A DNA stretch of 64,000 bases from Squalus acanthias (taxonomy: Eukaryota): contig CM059432.1 in the NCBI GenBank assembly GCA_030390025.1, positions 31,622,001-31,686,000 on the forward strand, given 5' to 3'. How positions within the stretch are numbered: position 1 is the first letter of the stretch; each line of letters begins with the position of its first letter. Position numbers and translations under genes: made by a program. Shown here piece by piece: positions 13,135 to 24,794 of this stretch. A model generated the notes under the pieces. It saw nothing but the letters and a program-made list of their open reading frames with translations. It was not told the DNA's origin and ran no database searches.

Positions 13135-16100
13135 ATGGCCAGCCAGAGACCTAGGTCTGCACCCCGCTTTGATGACGTTGCCCTGCAGGCTTTAGTAGAG
13201 GGAGCAAGAGCAAACAGAGAGGTGCTCTTCCCTTCTTCAGGGAGGAGGAAGCCTCCCCAGCAAACCAAGACTGTGTGGATTGTAAAAGCTTTTATAGATA
13301 TGTGAAGAGAAAAAGATTAGTGAAATCAAGCATAGGTCCCTTGCAGTCAGAATCAGGGGAACTTATAATGGGGAACAAAGAAATGTCAGACCAATTAAAT
13401 ACATATTTTGGTTCTGTCTTCACAAAGGAGGACACAAATAACCTCCCAGAGATGTTGGGGAACATCGGGTCTGATGAAAGGGAGGAACTGAAAGAAATCA
13501 GTATTTGTAGGGAAATGGTGTTAGGAAAATTGAAGGGATTGAAGGCCGGTAAATCCCCAGGGCCTGATAATCTACATCCTAGGGTACTTAAGGAAGTGGC
13601 CCTAGAAATAGTAGATGCATTGCTGATCATCTTCCAACATTCGATGGAATCTGGAACAGTACCCATGGATTGGAGGGTAGCTAATGTTACCCCACTATTC
13701 AAAAAGGGTGGTAGAGAGAAAACGGGGAATTATAGACCGGTAAGCCTGACATCGGTAGTGGGGAAAATGCTAGAGTCCATTATAAAAGATGTAATAGCTG
13801 AGCACTTGAAAAACAGTGACAGAATCGGACAAAGTCATCATGGATTTACAAAAGGTAAATCATGTTTGACTAATCTACTGGATTTTTTTGAGGATGTAAC
13901 TGGTAAAATAGATAAGGGAGAACCAGTGGTTGTGGTGTATTTGGACTTCCAAACGGCTTTTGATAAGGTCCCGCATAAGAGATTAGTGTGTAAAGTTAAG
14001 GCACATGGGATTGGGGGCAAGGTATTGACTTGGATAGAGAACTGGTTGGCAGACAGAAAGCAAAGAGTTGCAATAAACGGGTCTTTTTCCGAGTGGCAGG
14101 CAGTGACTAGTGGGGTACCGCAGGGATCGGTCCTTGGACCCCAGCTATTCACAATATATATTAATGATCTCGACAAGGGAACTAGATGTAATATCTCCAA
14201 GTTTGCAGATGACACAAAACTGGGTGGGCGTGTGTGCTGCAAGGAGGATGCCGAGAAACTCCAGGATGATTTGGACAGGTTGGGTGATTGGGCAGAAGCG
14301 TGGCAGATGCAATATAACGTGGATAAATGCGAGGTTATCCACTTTGGTGGCAAAAACAGAAGGGCAGATTATTATCTGAATGGCAATAGATTGGGAGAAG
14401 GGGAAGTGCAACGAGACCTGGGTGTCCTTGTGCACCAGTCGCTGAAGGTAAGCATGCAGGTGCAGCAGGCGGTTAAGAAGGCAAATGGTATGTTGGCCTT
14501 CATAGCGAGAGGGTTTGAGTACAGGAACAAGGATGTCTTGCTGCAGTTGTACAGGGCCTTGGTGAGACCACACCTTGAGTACTGTGTGCAGTTTTGGTCG
14601 CCTTATCTGAGGAAGGATGTTCTTGCCATGGAAGGAGTTCAGCGAAGATTCACAAGGCTGTTACCTGGGCTGGCAGAAATGACATATGAAGAGAGATTGG
14701 GTCGATTGGGCTTATACTCGCTGGAGTTTAGAAGAATGAGAGGGGATCTCATTGAAACTTATAAAATTCTGACAGGACAGGACAAACTAGATGCAGGAAG
14801 GATGTTCCCGATGGTCGGGGAGTCCAGAACCAGGGGTCAGAGTCTAAGGATAAGGGGTAAGCCATTTAGGACAGAAATTAGGAGGAATTTCTTCACCCAG
14901 AGTGGTGAACCTGTGGAATTCTCTGCCACAGAAGGCAGTAGAGGCCAATTCATTAAATAGATTCAAGAAGGAGTTGGATATATTTCTTAAGGCTAAAGGG
15001 ATCAAGGGATATGGGGAGAAAGCAGAGACAGGGTACTGAATTTGGATGATCAGCCATGATCTCATTGAATGGCGGAGCAGGCTAGAGGGGCCGAATGGCC
15101 TACTCCTGCTCCTATCTTCTATGATTCTATGATTCTATGGATCCAGGTGGCAGAGGAGGTCAACTCTTTGTCAATAACCCGCAGAACCTGGCTTCAGTGC
15201 AGGAAGAGGCTTCATGACCTTCTGCGCACTGGAAAAGTGAGTATGAATTTTCCATCACCCTCAATCTGATCCCCATTGCCTCTCCTCACCAGCACTCAGC
15301 TTTAGCAATCTCTTCCTCCACATCCCACTTGACACTGACATCCATGCACCCTTACCCATTCCCTCTCTCTCTATGGTTTCATTCACCTAACTATTCGACT
15401 ATGCAGCCCTCACACTCCCTATCACTGTGATGCAATTACAACTTACAACACACAGGGAGGGCCCTTGGTCTTGCCACCTCACTCCATCTTTGTCTCCTTC
15501 TAAGCATCTATGCTATAGATTCTCTACACTCACTCCTTCATTCTCACTCAAACTCCACTTGTCTCCCTCATTGCAGGAAAAGAGCGGTCACAATAAGAGG
15601 GAAAGAGCGAGGACAGGAGGAGAGCCACCCTCAGTAGCCCAGCTCACCACCTGGGAGGAGGCAGTCCTGGAGATCGTGGGAGTAGAGGAAGATTCCCAAG
15701 TGGGGGACGGACAGACAGGCGCATCACAGCAAGCTGCTGACAGAATAGTTTTCCATCTCTCTCAATGACATTGCATGAGTCGCTGATAATGATTCTGAAG
15801 CTCTAACAGATGGACTTATGATCATCTGCAATATGCAATGTGCATGTAACCTTGGCCTCACATCTCTGACTCTTTCCTTTACTCCCCCCTAGGACCATCG
15901 CAAGCACCCGCCCCACTATCCAGGAGGAAGAGCATGAGCCTCAAGACTCCTCAGAGGAAGCTGCAACCTCTGAGGGCGCAGCGTCAGCAGGAATCAGCGC
16001 ACCCAGCACCAGCGCAGACACTCACACCTCGGAGGGAACATCGCGAGATAGAGTAGTGTTGTCACCTGGTATATCACAGCTCACAAGTGAGCATCAGCAG

Positions 16101-16958
16101 ATGGTGGAGACAGGGACAGCAGTGGAGAGTCCTAGTCGGAGGGCGCAGGACTCTCCCAGCTCGGCTCAGCTGCATGTCGACCCTCTGCCTCTGGATCCAT
16201 CCATAAGATCAGCGGTGCTGGAACTCCAGGAACAGATGCAGGAGTCTCTGACAGGTTTTGTCTCCAGGGTCGCTGTGAGTGTGGAGCGAATGGAGGAGTC
16301 CATTGCGAACATGACCAGAGCCTTTGTGGAGTCATTGGCGCATGAACGCATCACCACGGAAAGGATGGCAACCTCCGTGGAAAGGATGACTACAGTAGAG
16401 GAGAGGATGGCTACGGCCATGGAGGAGCTAAGTCGCCAGAGTGTAGAAAACATGGTCATTGTTCAGAATAGACTGGCATCTCTTGAGGAGCGATGGTCAG
16501 CTACTGAGCATAGAAACCAGACCTTCATGGAAGTCCTCTGGAGTAGGACTTCCAGTGCAGAAATGGGTCCTCATGGCCCCCCTGAAGTGCAGCAAGGTGC
16601 TGTTAAGCCACTTGCTAGCTCTGAAGTGGGGCTGACCCATGAGAGGGATGTTGGTGGCAGACAACAAGGAAGTGGGGGCTCCTCTCCAAGCGCTCAAACA
16701 ACCATGCCACTGCAAAGCCCTCGGTCAGAGCCCCACCAGAGTCCTCACCCAACTGAGATGGGCGTCTCATCCCCTGCACAGCCGCAGGAGCAGCAGACTG
16801 TTGGCGAGCCCTCACAGGTTCGCAACCCCAGAGGACGCCTGCCAAAGGTGTCGAGACAGGAGCAGCAAGAAAGTGAGCAAGGGACCTCCACATCTGCTGA
16901 AGCCACAGGGGAAGCACCACGTAGGAGCACGCGTAAGAGAAAGATAGTGCACAAATAG
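13135..16958 (+). pseudogene. Harbinger Myb/SANT-like DNA-binding gene, 3 exons (13135-13280 + 15143-15236; 15577-~15736; 15893-16958), disrupted
   Basis: MASQRPRSAPRFDDVALQALVEG...KTVW|IQVAEEVNS...RTWLQCRKRLHDL is a trihelix/Myb pattern. Donor gtgagt at 15237, acceptors ttgcag (15576) and cccctag (15892). Exon 2 reads EKSGHNKRERARTGG. Exon 1 is broken by a CR1, the exon-2 donor appears mutated (ct), and there is a possible frameshift near 15915. Confidence 0.85.
13281..15137 (+). mobile_element. young 5'-truncated CR1 LINE with long open RT frame (13275-14960)
   Basis: 561-aa ORF with [23 protein letters not shown]. Ends in a (ctatgatt)n tail. TGGAT repeated at both junctions (13276-13280; 15138-15142). 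Confidence 0.96.
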
Positions 16959-17214
16959 TCACAAGGGTAGTCACTTGGGGGACTTTTGATGTTTTATGTT
17001 AAAAAGCCATCAGATGATTACTGTAAATAAAAAATCTGATGGCTACTGCTGTAGTTGTGGCATGTGTCATTTCGCGAATGGGACTTCCACATTGAGGGCT
17101 TAGGATTACTTGCAATTGCCAGTATGGTGTTCAAATTGCTAGGAATCGCTGGTTCTTGGCCATTGTCGATGCTCAGGTAAGACGCTACGAGGCAAAAGTG
17201 CTTGATTGGCTAGG

Positions 17215-18443
17215 CTAAGCAAATCTGGCCAAGATGAGTGCGTTCCTTGCATCCCGGGCAGCAATGTTCTCGCGTACTGCTGTCGCTGGTTGATGGGCCT
17301 CTGCAAGATGTTCATTTTCGACCTCCTCCTCCTCCTCCTCATCGGAGGAGGATATGTGATGAGCCACTTGGTCCTCAGGAATCTGCAAGCCACGACACTG
17401 TGCCATGTTGTGAAGTGCACAGCAAACCACGACGATTCTGGAGACCCTGGCTGCTGAGTATTGCAGGGCTCCACCTGATCTATCCAGGCATCTGAAGCGC
17501 ATCTTCAGAAAACCAATGGTTTGCTCGATTATGGCTCTGGTGGACTTGTGGTTGGAGTTGTAGCTCTCCTCAGCTTCGTTGGATGGGCTCCTCAACGGCG
17601 TCATTAGCCACGACTTCAGGGGATAGCCCTTGTCTCCAAGTAGCCATCCGTTAAGTTGGTCTGGCGGACTGAATAGCGGAGGCACACTAGACTGGCGCAG
17701 TATGAAGGAGTCATGGCAACAGCCAGGGTACTTGGCACAAACATGCAAAATTTCCTTCTTGTGGTCACACACCAGCTGAACGTTAAGGGAATAGAAGCCC
17801 TTGCGGTTGACAAAAATACCTGGATTGCGATGGGGTGCCTTAAGGGCCACATGTGTGCAGTCAACGACGCCCTGCACCCTTGGAAAGCCTGCCAGATTAG
17901 CTAATCTAACCGCACGCGCCGTGACACTTGCTTGATCCTTGGTGAAATGGATGTGAGTGTGCGCGATGGCAAAGAGGGCATCGGTTACCTGCGTGATGCA
18001 GGTGTGTGCGGCCGCTTGGGAGATGCCGCTGATGTCTGCTGCTGATCCCTGGAATGACCCTGAGGCAAAAAAGTTGAGTGCAGTGGTGACTTTGATGGCC
18101 ACTGGTAAGGGTTGTCCACCTGGTCCTCTGGGCTCCAGGTCTTGTTGCAGCATTGCGCAGATGTCACCCACTACCTCTCGCGAAAGTCGGAGCCGCCTTT
18201 GGCATTGCTGCTCAGACATGTTGAGGTAGCTGTAGACCCTGTTTGGGGGTATCTCCTGCGCCGACGGGCTTCCATGCGCTGGCCCCTTCTGGCCTGTGCA
18301 GCTTCAGGTGGGTGAGCAGCAGCTTGGCGCTCCTGTTGTTGTTGCTGCTGTTGGTGCTGCTGTTGTTCATGGTTCTGCTGGTGCCGCGGCTGGTCTTCGA
18401 CCTCATCTGATGTCCAGAAGGGATGGAAATAAATGGCTCCCAT
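17215..18443 (-). CDS. Harbinger (HARBI1-like, DDE_Tnp_4) transposase; 334-aa core open at 17215-18219, Q-rich N-terminus separated by a frameshift near 18240
   Basis: HTH-like region ([11 protein letters not shown]...ISQAAAH), catalytic motifs [34 protein letters not shown]. Upstream ORF 18171-18443 supplies MGAIYF...RRRRRYP. Confidence 0.93.
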
Positions 18444-19919
18444 GCTTCTGGTATATGCCTCAGTTGAGGAAGTGCTCAGTCAAGGTGGCGAGAGGGGTTT
18501 CCCAGGAAGTCACACTGGAGATGGGTATCAGGCTCCAAACTTCCACAGCTGTGGTTATGCCTTCTAAAAGTTCCCCCAGACCTGAGACAACAAAGTCCTG
18601 CCACCTGCAAATGATGGCTGATCAAATCTCCTATTTAATGGTTGAGCTGCAGCTGACAGTCAGCAATCAATTGTGCTACCGCCAGGTTTCACCATCGTGT
18701 TTCAGAACAGGCGTGCTTCACGTGGGAAAAGGGTTAAAATCACAATGGCCTATCAAAATGGCATTATAGAGGCAATTTAGTGCTTGTTAAAGGCCTTAAC
18801 GGCCTATCCCGCCTCTTGGAGGCGGGACCAGTAGACACGATTTAATGAATATTGCGTGGAGGCGGGATCGGGCCTGCCCGCCAGTTTTTGTAATTTTAAC
18901 CACCCACACGCCTCCAATCCCGCCTCAACGGCCCGATGAAAATCCAGCCCAAAGAGTCTGCACAGGGATATAGATAGGTTAAGTGAGTGGGCAACTATTT
19001 GGCAGATGGAGTATAATGTGGGAAAATGTGAGGTTAGCCACTTTGGTAGGAAAAATAAAAAAGCAAATTATTATTGAAATAGAGAGACTACAAAATGCTG
19101 CGGTACAGAGGGACCTGGGGGTCCTCATACATGAAACACAAAAAGTTAGCATGCAGGTACAGCAAGTAATTAGGAAGGCAAATGGAATGTTGACCCTTAT
19201 TGCAAGGGGGATGGAGTATAAAAGTAGGGAAGGCTTGCTACAACTGTACAGGGCGCTGGTGAGACCACACCTGGAGTACTGTGTGCAGTTTTGGTCTCCT
19301 TATTTAAGGAGGGATATACTTGCATTGGAGGCAGTTCAGAGAAGGTTCACTAGGTTGATTCTTGAGATGAAGGGGTTGTCTTTTGAAGAAAGGTTGAGCA
19401 GGTTGGGACTATACTCATTGGAGTTTAGAAGAATGAGAGGTGATCTTATTGAAACATATAAGATTCTGAGGGGGCTTGACAGGGTAGATGCAGGGAGGAT
19501 GTTTCCCCTCGTGGGGGAATCTAGAACTAGGGGGCATAGTTTCAAAATAAGGGGTCGCCCATTTAAAACGGAGATGAGGAGGAATTTCTTCTCTCACAGG
19601 GTCGTGAATCTTTGGAATTCTCTACCCCCAGAGAGCGGTGGAGGCAGAGTCATTGAATATATTCAAGGCGGAGATAGACAGATATTTGAGCTACAGAGGA
19701 GTCAAGGGTTATGGGGAGCGGGCGGGAAAGTGGAATTGAGGCCAAGATCAGATCAGTCATGATCTTATTGAATGGCAGAGCAGACTCGAGGGGCCAAATA
19801 GCCTACTCCTGCTCCTATTTCTTATGTTCTTATGTTCAATGGAACTGAATATCAGGCGGCTGATCCAATACCGCCTGTTTTGTGCCAACACCCGAGATGA
19901 ATTTCTAGCCCACAGAATC

Positions 19920-20200
19920 TAAACCAGGAGATATATATTAGAATATTTAATTCATTGTAAAATCAAGTACTTAAAGCAAAATAAAGAGAGGGAAAGAAAG
20001 ATGGGATTAAGAGAGATAAAAGAGACAGATAGAAAAAGTAAAAAAAAAAATTACATTTTTAAATCTTTTTAAATCTCCAACAATAATTAAATCCTGAAGG
20101 AATGAGATTTCACACGTAAAATTTAATTTTCAGTGCCAGAGAGGTTGTTTGGCAGTAATTAAGACTTATCACCCCATTAAAAATTCATTTACACCTTTAC
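19920..20200 (+). mobile_element. internal fragment of the MITE family seen at 36328-37388
   Basis: Shares aaagagacaga.agaaaaagtaaaaaaa...gccaga.aggttgtt..gcagtaatta with 36640-36830. Confidence 0.6.
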
Positions 20201-20854
20201 TAAGTTTTAGAACTTTAGGGGATAAAGATGGGGAAAGATGGCAAAGGATAGAAAAGGTAGAAAAAAGTAACATTACAAAGTAACTAAACAATTGGATGGA
20301 TAGAGTCGTAAAAATAGGGGCAGCAGGGTGAGCAGCACTAAGTTGAAATACCTTTAAATGCGTATTTTAGTTTGATAGAGTTAATATTAACGGTACTTCA
20401 TAGGAACATTAGGAACAAGAGTAGGCCATTCAGCCCCTCGGGCCTGCTCTGCCATTCAATTAGATTATGGCTGATCTGCACCTCAACTCATTTTCCTGTC
20501 TTTGCTCCATTTCCCTTGATACCCGTACATAATAAAAATCTGTATATCTCATGATGCCCAATTCTGTAATGCTAGTGTTATTGTCAGGATCATAGTGCAT
20601 GAGCTGAAAAAAAATGGGACAGGAATTCCCTTGAGCCTGTTAGTCTGCAATAATTATGTATTACAACCACTCAAATACCTAAATGTAGATAAGTCAGAGG
20701 TTTTTGAAATGACAGTGCAGTTAGGATGTTAGCTCTTAGTTGACTCTTAGCTTCCTAGAAAAAGAAAGAACTCGCATTTATAAAGTGCTTCATTAACCCA
20801 AAACACTTCAAAACAAATGACCTTTGAAATGCGGTTGTTGGAGACAAAAATGAA

Positions 20855-21139
20855 GGGCTAGGAATTCCCCTCGAGCCCTGTTTGGGCCGCGAAATCAGAA
20901 AAGCTGGAAAAGTTAGAGCCAGGCGTTAACCTCTTCCAGCCTTTCGAAAATTCTCACTTTTTGCTCCAAGAAGGAAGTGGAGCGTTAAATCAAGCACTCT
21001 ACTTCCTTCTTGGAGCACAAGAGGGGGGGGAAGTTCACGACCCGGGCTGCACGGCTCAGCAGCGCCACGCACTGGGCCGCATGGCACCGACGCGTTGCAG
21101 GGTCTCTTCCCACTGGAGGCGCAGGGAAATTTCTCCCCC
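20855..21139. mobile_element. short Harbinger-like MITE (related to 7137-7843)
   Basis: Ends GGGCTAGGAATT / GGGGGAGAAATT (rc). Internal gcgttaaatcaagcact resembles 7262-7280. Confidence 0.55.
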
Positions 21140-21143
21140 TAAA

Positions 21144-21530
21144 TGTCAGCCTTGACGCAGCGGTAGCACTCTCACTCCTGAGTCAGAAGCCCCACCCCAG
21201 AGACGTGAGTAAATAATCTAGGTTGGCACTTCAGTGCAGTACTGAGGGCGTGCTGCAACGTTAGAAGAGCCATCTTTTGGATGAGATGTTAACCGTCTCA
21301 GGTGGATGTAAAAGTTCCCACGACACTATTTCGAAGAGCAGCAGGAGTCATGGCCAACAGTTATCCCTCAACCAACGCATGACCACAGATGATCTGGTCA
21401 TTTATTTTATTGTTCAAGCTTGCTGTGTTTCCTACATTACAACAGTGACTACACTTCAAAAATACATCATTGGCTATAAAGTGCTTTGGGACATTCTGAG
21501 GTTGTGAAAGACACTATATAAATACAAGTC
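21144..21530 (+). mobile_element. DeuSINE (SacSINE1-like), degenerate
   Basis: tRNA-like head, Deu-domain text and L2-like tail, as in 31608-32067. Confidence 0.75.
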
Positions 21531-21671
21531 ATTTTTTTAGTTGACGTGCATAAACTGTTTCAACTTGTTGGTGAGTCTAGAACTAGGATGCATAAATATA
21601 AGATAGGCACTAACAGATTAAATTAGGGGTGGACAAATATTTGGGCTGGAGGGCCACTTATATTTATATAG

Positions 21672-21848
21672 AAAAGCAAAATACTGCGGATGCTGGAAAT
21701 CTGAAATAAAAACAGAAAATACTGAGCAGGGCAGGCAGCATCTGTGGAGAGAGAAACAGTAGTTCTGACGAAAGGTCATCGACCTGAAACGTTAACTCTG
21801 TTTTTCATCTCCACTGCTGAGTATTTCCAGCATTTTCTGTTTTTATTG
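21672..21848. mobile_element. short fold-back Penelope pLTR insertion
   Basis: Antisense arm followed by sense arm of the pLTR seen at 43607-44104. 11-bp TSD TATTTATATAG (21661-21671; 21849-21859). Confidence 0.85.
21761..21797 (+). ncRNA. minimal type I hammerhead ribozyme motif (Penelope-associated)
   Basis: AGTT-CTGACGA-A-AGGTC(ATC)GACCT-GAAA-CG-TT-AACT: core CUGANGA/GAAA, 5-bp stem II, stem I AGTT/AACT, loopless palindromic stem III ACGT. Confidence 0.8.
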
Positions 21849-22802
21849 TATTTATATAGCACCTTTAACGTACTAAAACGTACCAAGGCGCTGCACAGGA
21901 GCGCAAAAAGAAATGTGATACCGCGCCACATAAGGAGATATTAGGGCAGATGACCAAAAGTTTTAAGTAGCGTCTTAAAGGATGAAAGAGAGATACAGAG
22001 ACAGAGAGGTTTAGGGAGGGAATTCCAGGGCTTAAGGCCTTGGCAGCTGAAGGCACGGCCACCAATGGTGGAGTGATTAAAATTGGGGATGCTCAAGAGG
22101 CCAGAACTGGAGGAGCACAGATATAATAAGAACATAAGGAATAGGAGTAGGAGTAGGCCATTTGGCCCTTCGAGCCTGTTCCACCATTCAGTAAGATCAT
22201 GGCTGATCTTCTACCTCATCTCCACTTTCCTGCACTATCCCCATATCCCTTGATTCCCTTAATATTCAAAAATCTATCAATCTCTGTTTTGAATATCTGA
22301 GGATTGTAGGGCTGGAGGAGTTTACAGAGATAGGGAAGGTTGAGGCCATGGAGGGATTTAAAAACAAGGATGAGAATTTTTAAATTGAGGCGTTGCTTAA
22401 TCAGGAGCCAATGTAGGTCAGTGAGCACAGTGGTGATGGGTGTACGGGACTTGGTGTGATTTAGGACACGGGCAGCAGAGTTTTGGATGACCTCAAGTTT
22501 ACAGAGAGTAGAACGTGGGAGGCCAGCCAGGAGTGCGTTGGAATAGTCAAGTCTAGATGTAACAAGGCATGGATGAGGGTTTCAGCAGCAGATGAGCTGA
22601 GGCAGGGGTGGAATCAGGCGATGTTATGGAGGTGGAAATAGGCGGTCTTAGTGATGGCGCAGATATGTGGTCGGAAGCTCATCTTGAGGTCAAATAGGAG
22701 ACCAAGGTTGTGAACAGTCTGGTTCAGCCTCAGACAGTTGCCAGGGCGAGGGATGGAGTCGGTGGCTAGGGAATGGAATTTGTGGTGGGAACCGAAGACA
22801 AT
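21849..22802 (-). mobile_element. L2 LINE 3' part, with a CR1 3' tail (about 22125-22296, -) inserted
   Basis: LTDLHWL..KQRLNLKILILVFKSLHGL and GGRAFS..WNSLP motifs, L2 tail. Confidence 0.88.
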
Positions 22803-24400
22803 GGGGGGAATTTTTCGGGGGTCAGCGGGCGCGTTTGGTGGCGGGTCGGGCTGTCACACTAGTTTCCCAGATGTTGGGTCTGTCATCGCTGAACAGACCC
22901 GACACCAAGCGGCGGGGGAGGGAATTTAGATGATTAAGAGCTTGTTAACAGGCACCTAAAAAATATTTTAAGCTCACCTTTAGATTTTAGGAGTTCGCCC
23001 ACGGCTCCCCCGCTGCTCGGGGATCACTTCAGGTAAGCAGGTCAGGAGTTGTGTCAGCATGGGATGATTCCTTAACTTGACAGCTGCAAATGTGCTGTTA
23101 AAGCTCCCATTTCATAGCTGTTCACTTTCCAAGCTCGGAAGCTGTTGCTTACTGCATTTGGAAGACAGATTGAGCTTTATGCAGCTTGCAAGTGTTTGGA
23201 GCAAACTCTCTATCCAGTGTCACCTCATTTGAACGACCTCTCTCACCACTGACAGATCGCTTCTGTCATCTCTACTTCACCTGCCATCTATTCCATTAGC
23301 ATCGGTGCCCTTGAAACTATCTCACCTTTGTCCTCAGAATCCCACCACGATCAGTCCCAACACCAGCAGCACCAGGCACACCAGCAGCACCAACAACAAC
23401 ACCAATCTTCTCCCCAATCAACTGATGCTGCACAGGACACAGGGCATCAACACCCGACCATAATGCTGCCCAAGATGCAGGGATGGCCTCACCATAGCCA
23501 GATTTACTTCACTTGACGCTGTACACCCTGGCTGCCACATGATGCGCCAGGTTGGCACCACCCCACACCAACACCATAAAGCATCCCTACAATGCCCAAA
23601 CCATTCCTTTCACACTCATCGCCATTGCGGGAGGTACCATTGTGACTCACCGTCCATGGCAACTCACTAAACCACTTCCAAAAGGTGCACACAAATCTAT
23701 CCAAGAACACAAAGTGTTGAAAATAAAGATTTCAATGTTTGACACCACATTAACAGAAACTTCACAAGAACATTGGATAAAACACCCAAGTGCCTATCCT
23801 TGTGTGTTGTTAGTTGGTGTGATTGGACTAGGATGAGTGTGAGTGTGAGGGGTGGCTAGTGAGATGGGGATGTGATAATGTAGATTGAGAGGGATGGGTG
23901 GAGATGCAAGGTAAGTTGGTGTGAGTAAGGACGTGCAGGAGTAGGGTAGAGAAGGTAGAGTGATGGGGATGTGATGTGAGGCACAGCAGGATGAGGTTGA
24001 GTGTGGCTTTGTACTAACGCTTTGTGATCTGCTGAGATCATTGAAAAGTTTGTGGCACTGCACCCAGATCCTGCTGACCACATCCCTGCTTGTGTCCTCC
24101 TGTGCAATGTACAACCAGGCTGTGTTGATCTCCTAGGGAGGACTTCTCTGCCCATGGGAAGGGAAGAGGACCTCCCTGTGTGCTGTGACTCCCTCCATAA
24201 GCATATGGAGGAAGTCATGGGAGAGCCTGGGTGCAGGCCTGCACCTCTGTGCAGTGCTTGTCAGTGTTTGCAGCACCTCAATGCTGTGGAACACTGACAG
24301 CAGAACTGTCACAATCAATTTGCGCATGGTCCCTTTAAGGAAACTGGCTGATGATTCATCATCAAGTGACATCATCAGACCCGTTTCCTTCAATTCATTG
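22803..24400. mobile_element. internally deleted, degenerate Harbinger element (divergent family)
   Basis: Starts GGGGGGAATTTT. Q/H-rich transposase N-terminus on + (23328-23516). Myb exon 1 remnant on - (PAPRLSHDFLHMLMEGVTAHREVLFP; RIWVQCHKLFNDL). Same convergent layout as 12856-18950. Confidence 0.75.
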
Positions 24401-24794
24401 CACACCACCCAGTGTTACCTTGTCTAAATCTGGTACACTGTTACAAGGCCACCAAACTCACAGCTTGCACAATTTTATGACGCTTTTTTTAAAAATCATT
24501 CATTAAAGATACATTTACGCTGCAGCTACCAGTCTAAAACCAGTTCAGGTTTAAGCCAGCCAGAACTGTGTTTAAATTACCAAGACTCCTGCCTCGCTGG
24601 GACTATACCTGTCTCGTGCAGGAGAGAGATGTGCGCATGGCTAGATATAGGCTTTGGCTGAGCTCTCTGCCAACAGTTACAAAATTAAACATTTATAAAA
24701 TGGAGTCTCACACTGTTTCTCTCTGGAATCAGGCTGACTCTCACGTCCGCGTTTACACTGCCAGTTTACTGCTGGTTCGAAGCTGAAACCAAGC

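Larger units (their letters stand above)
12856..18950. mobile_element. full-length PIF/Harbinger DNA transposon (two convergent genes)
   Basis: Perfect 12-bp TIR GGGCTGGATTTT at both ends. 3-bp TSD AAA (12853-12855; 18951-18953). Encodes a DDE transposase and a Myb/SANT protein. Confidence 0.96.
10886..19836 (+). mobile_element. 5'-truncated CR1 LINE (ORF2 APE-RT, disrupted) split by the Harbinger element at 12856-18950
   Basis: APE motifs 10959-11390 (ITEMWL, MGDFN), RT 11997-12855, resuming at 18951 (gacac|aaa|gagtctg rejoin), ending in a (cttatgtt)n tail at about 19836. Confidence 0.93.

Noticed and set aside
13292..14573. Long antisense ORFs over CR1/L2 RT (also 61581-62657)
   Set aside because: Shadow frames of retroelement coding sequence with no independent protein signature.
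17215..18219. Domesticated host gene HARBI1
   Set aside because: It lies between TIRs with a TSD, sits inside a CR1 and has a Myb partner and MITE derivatives, so it is a transposon copy. No gene symbol assigned.
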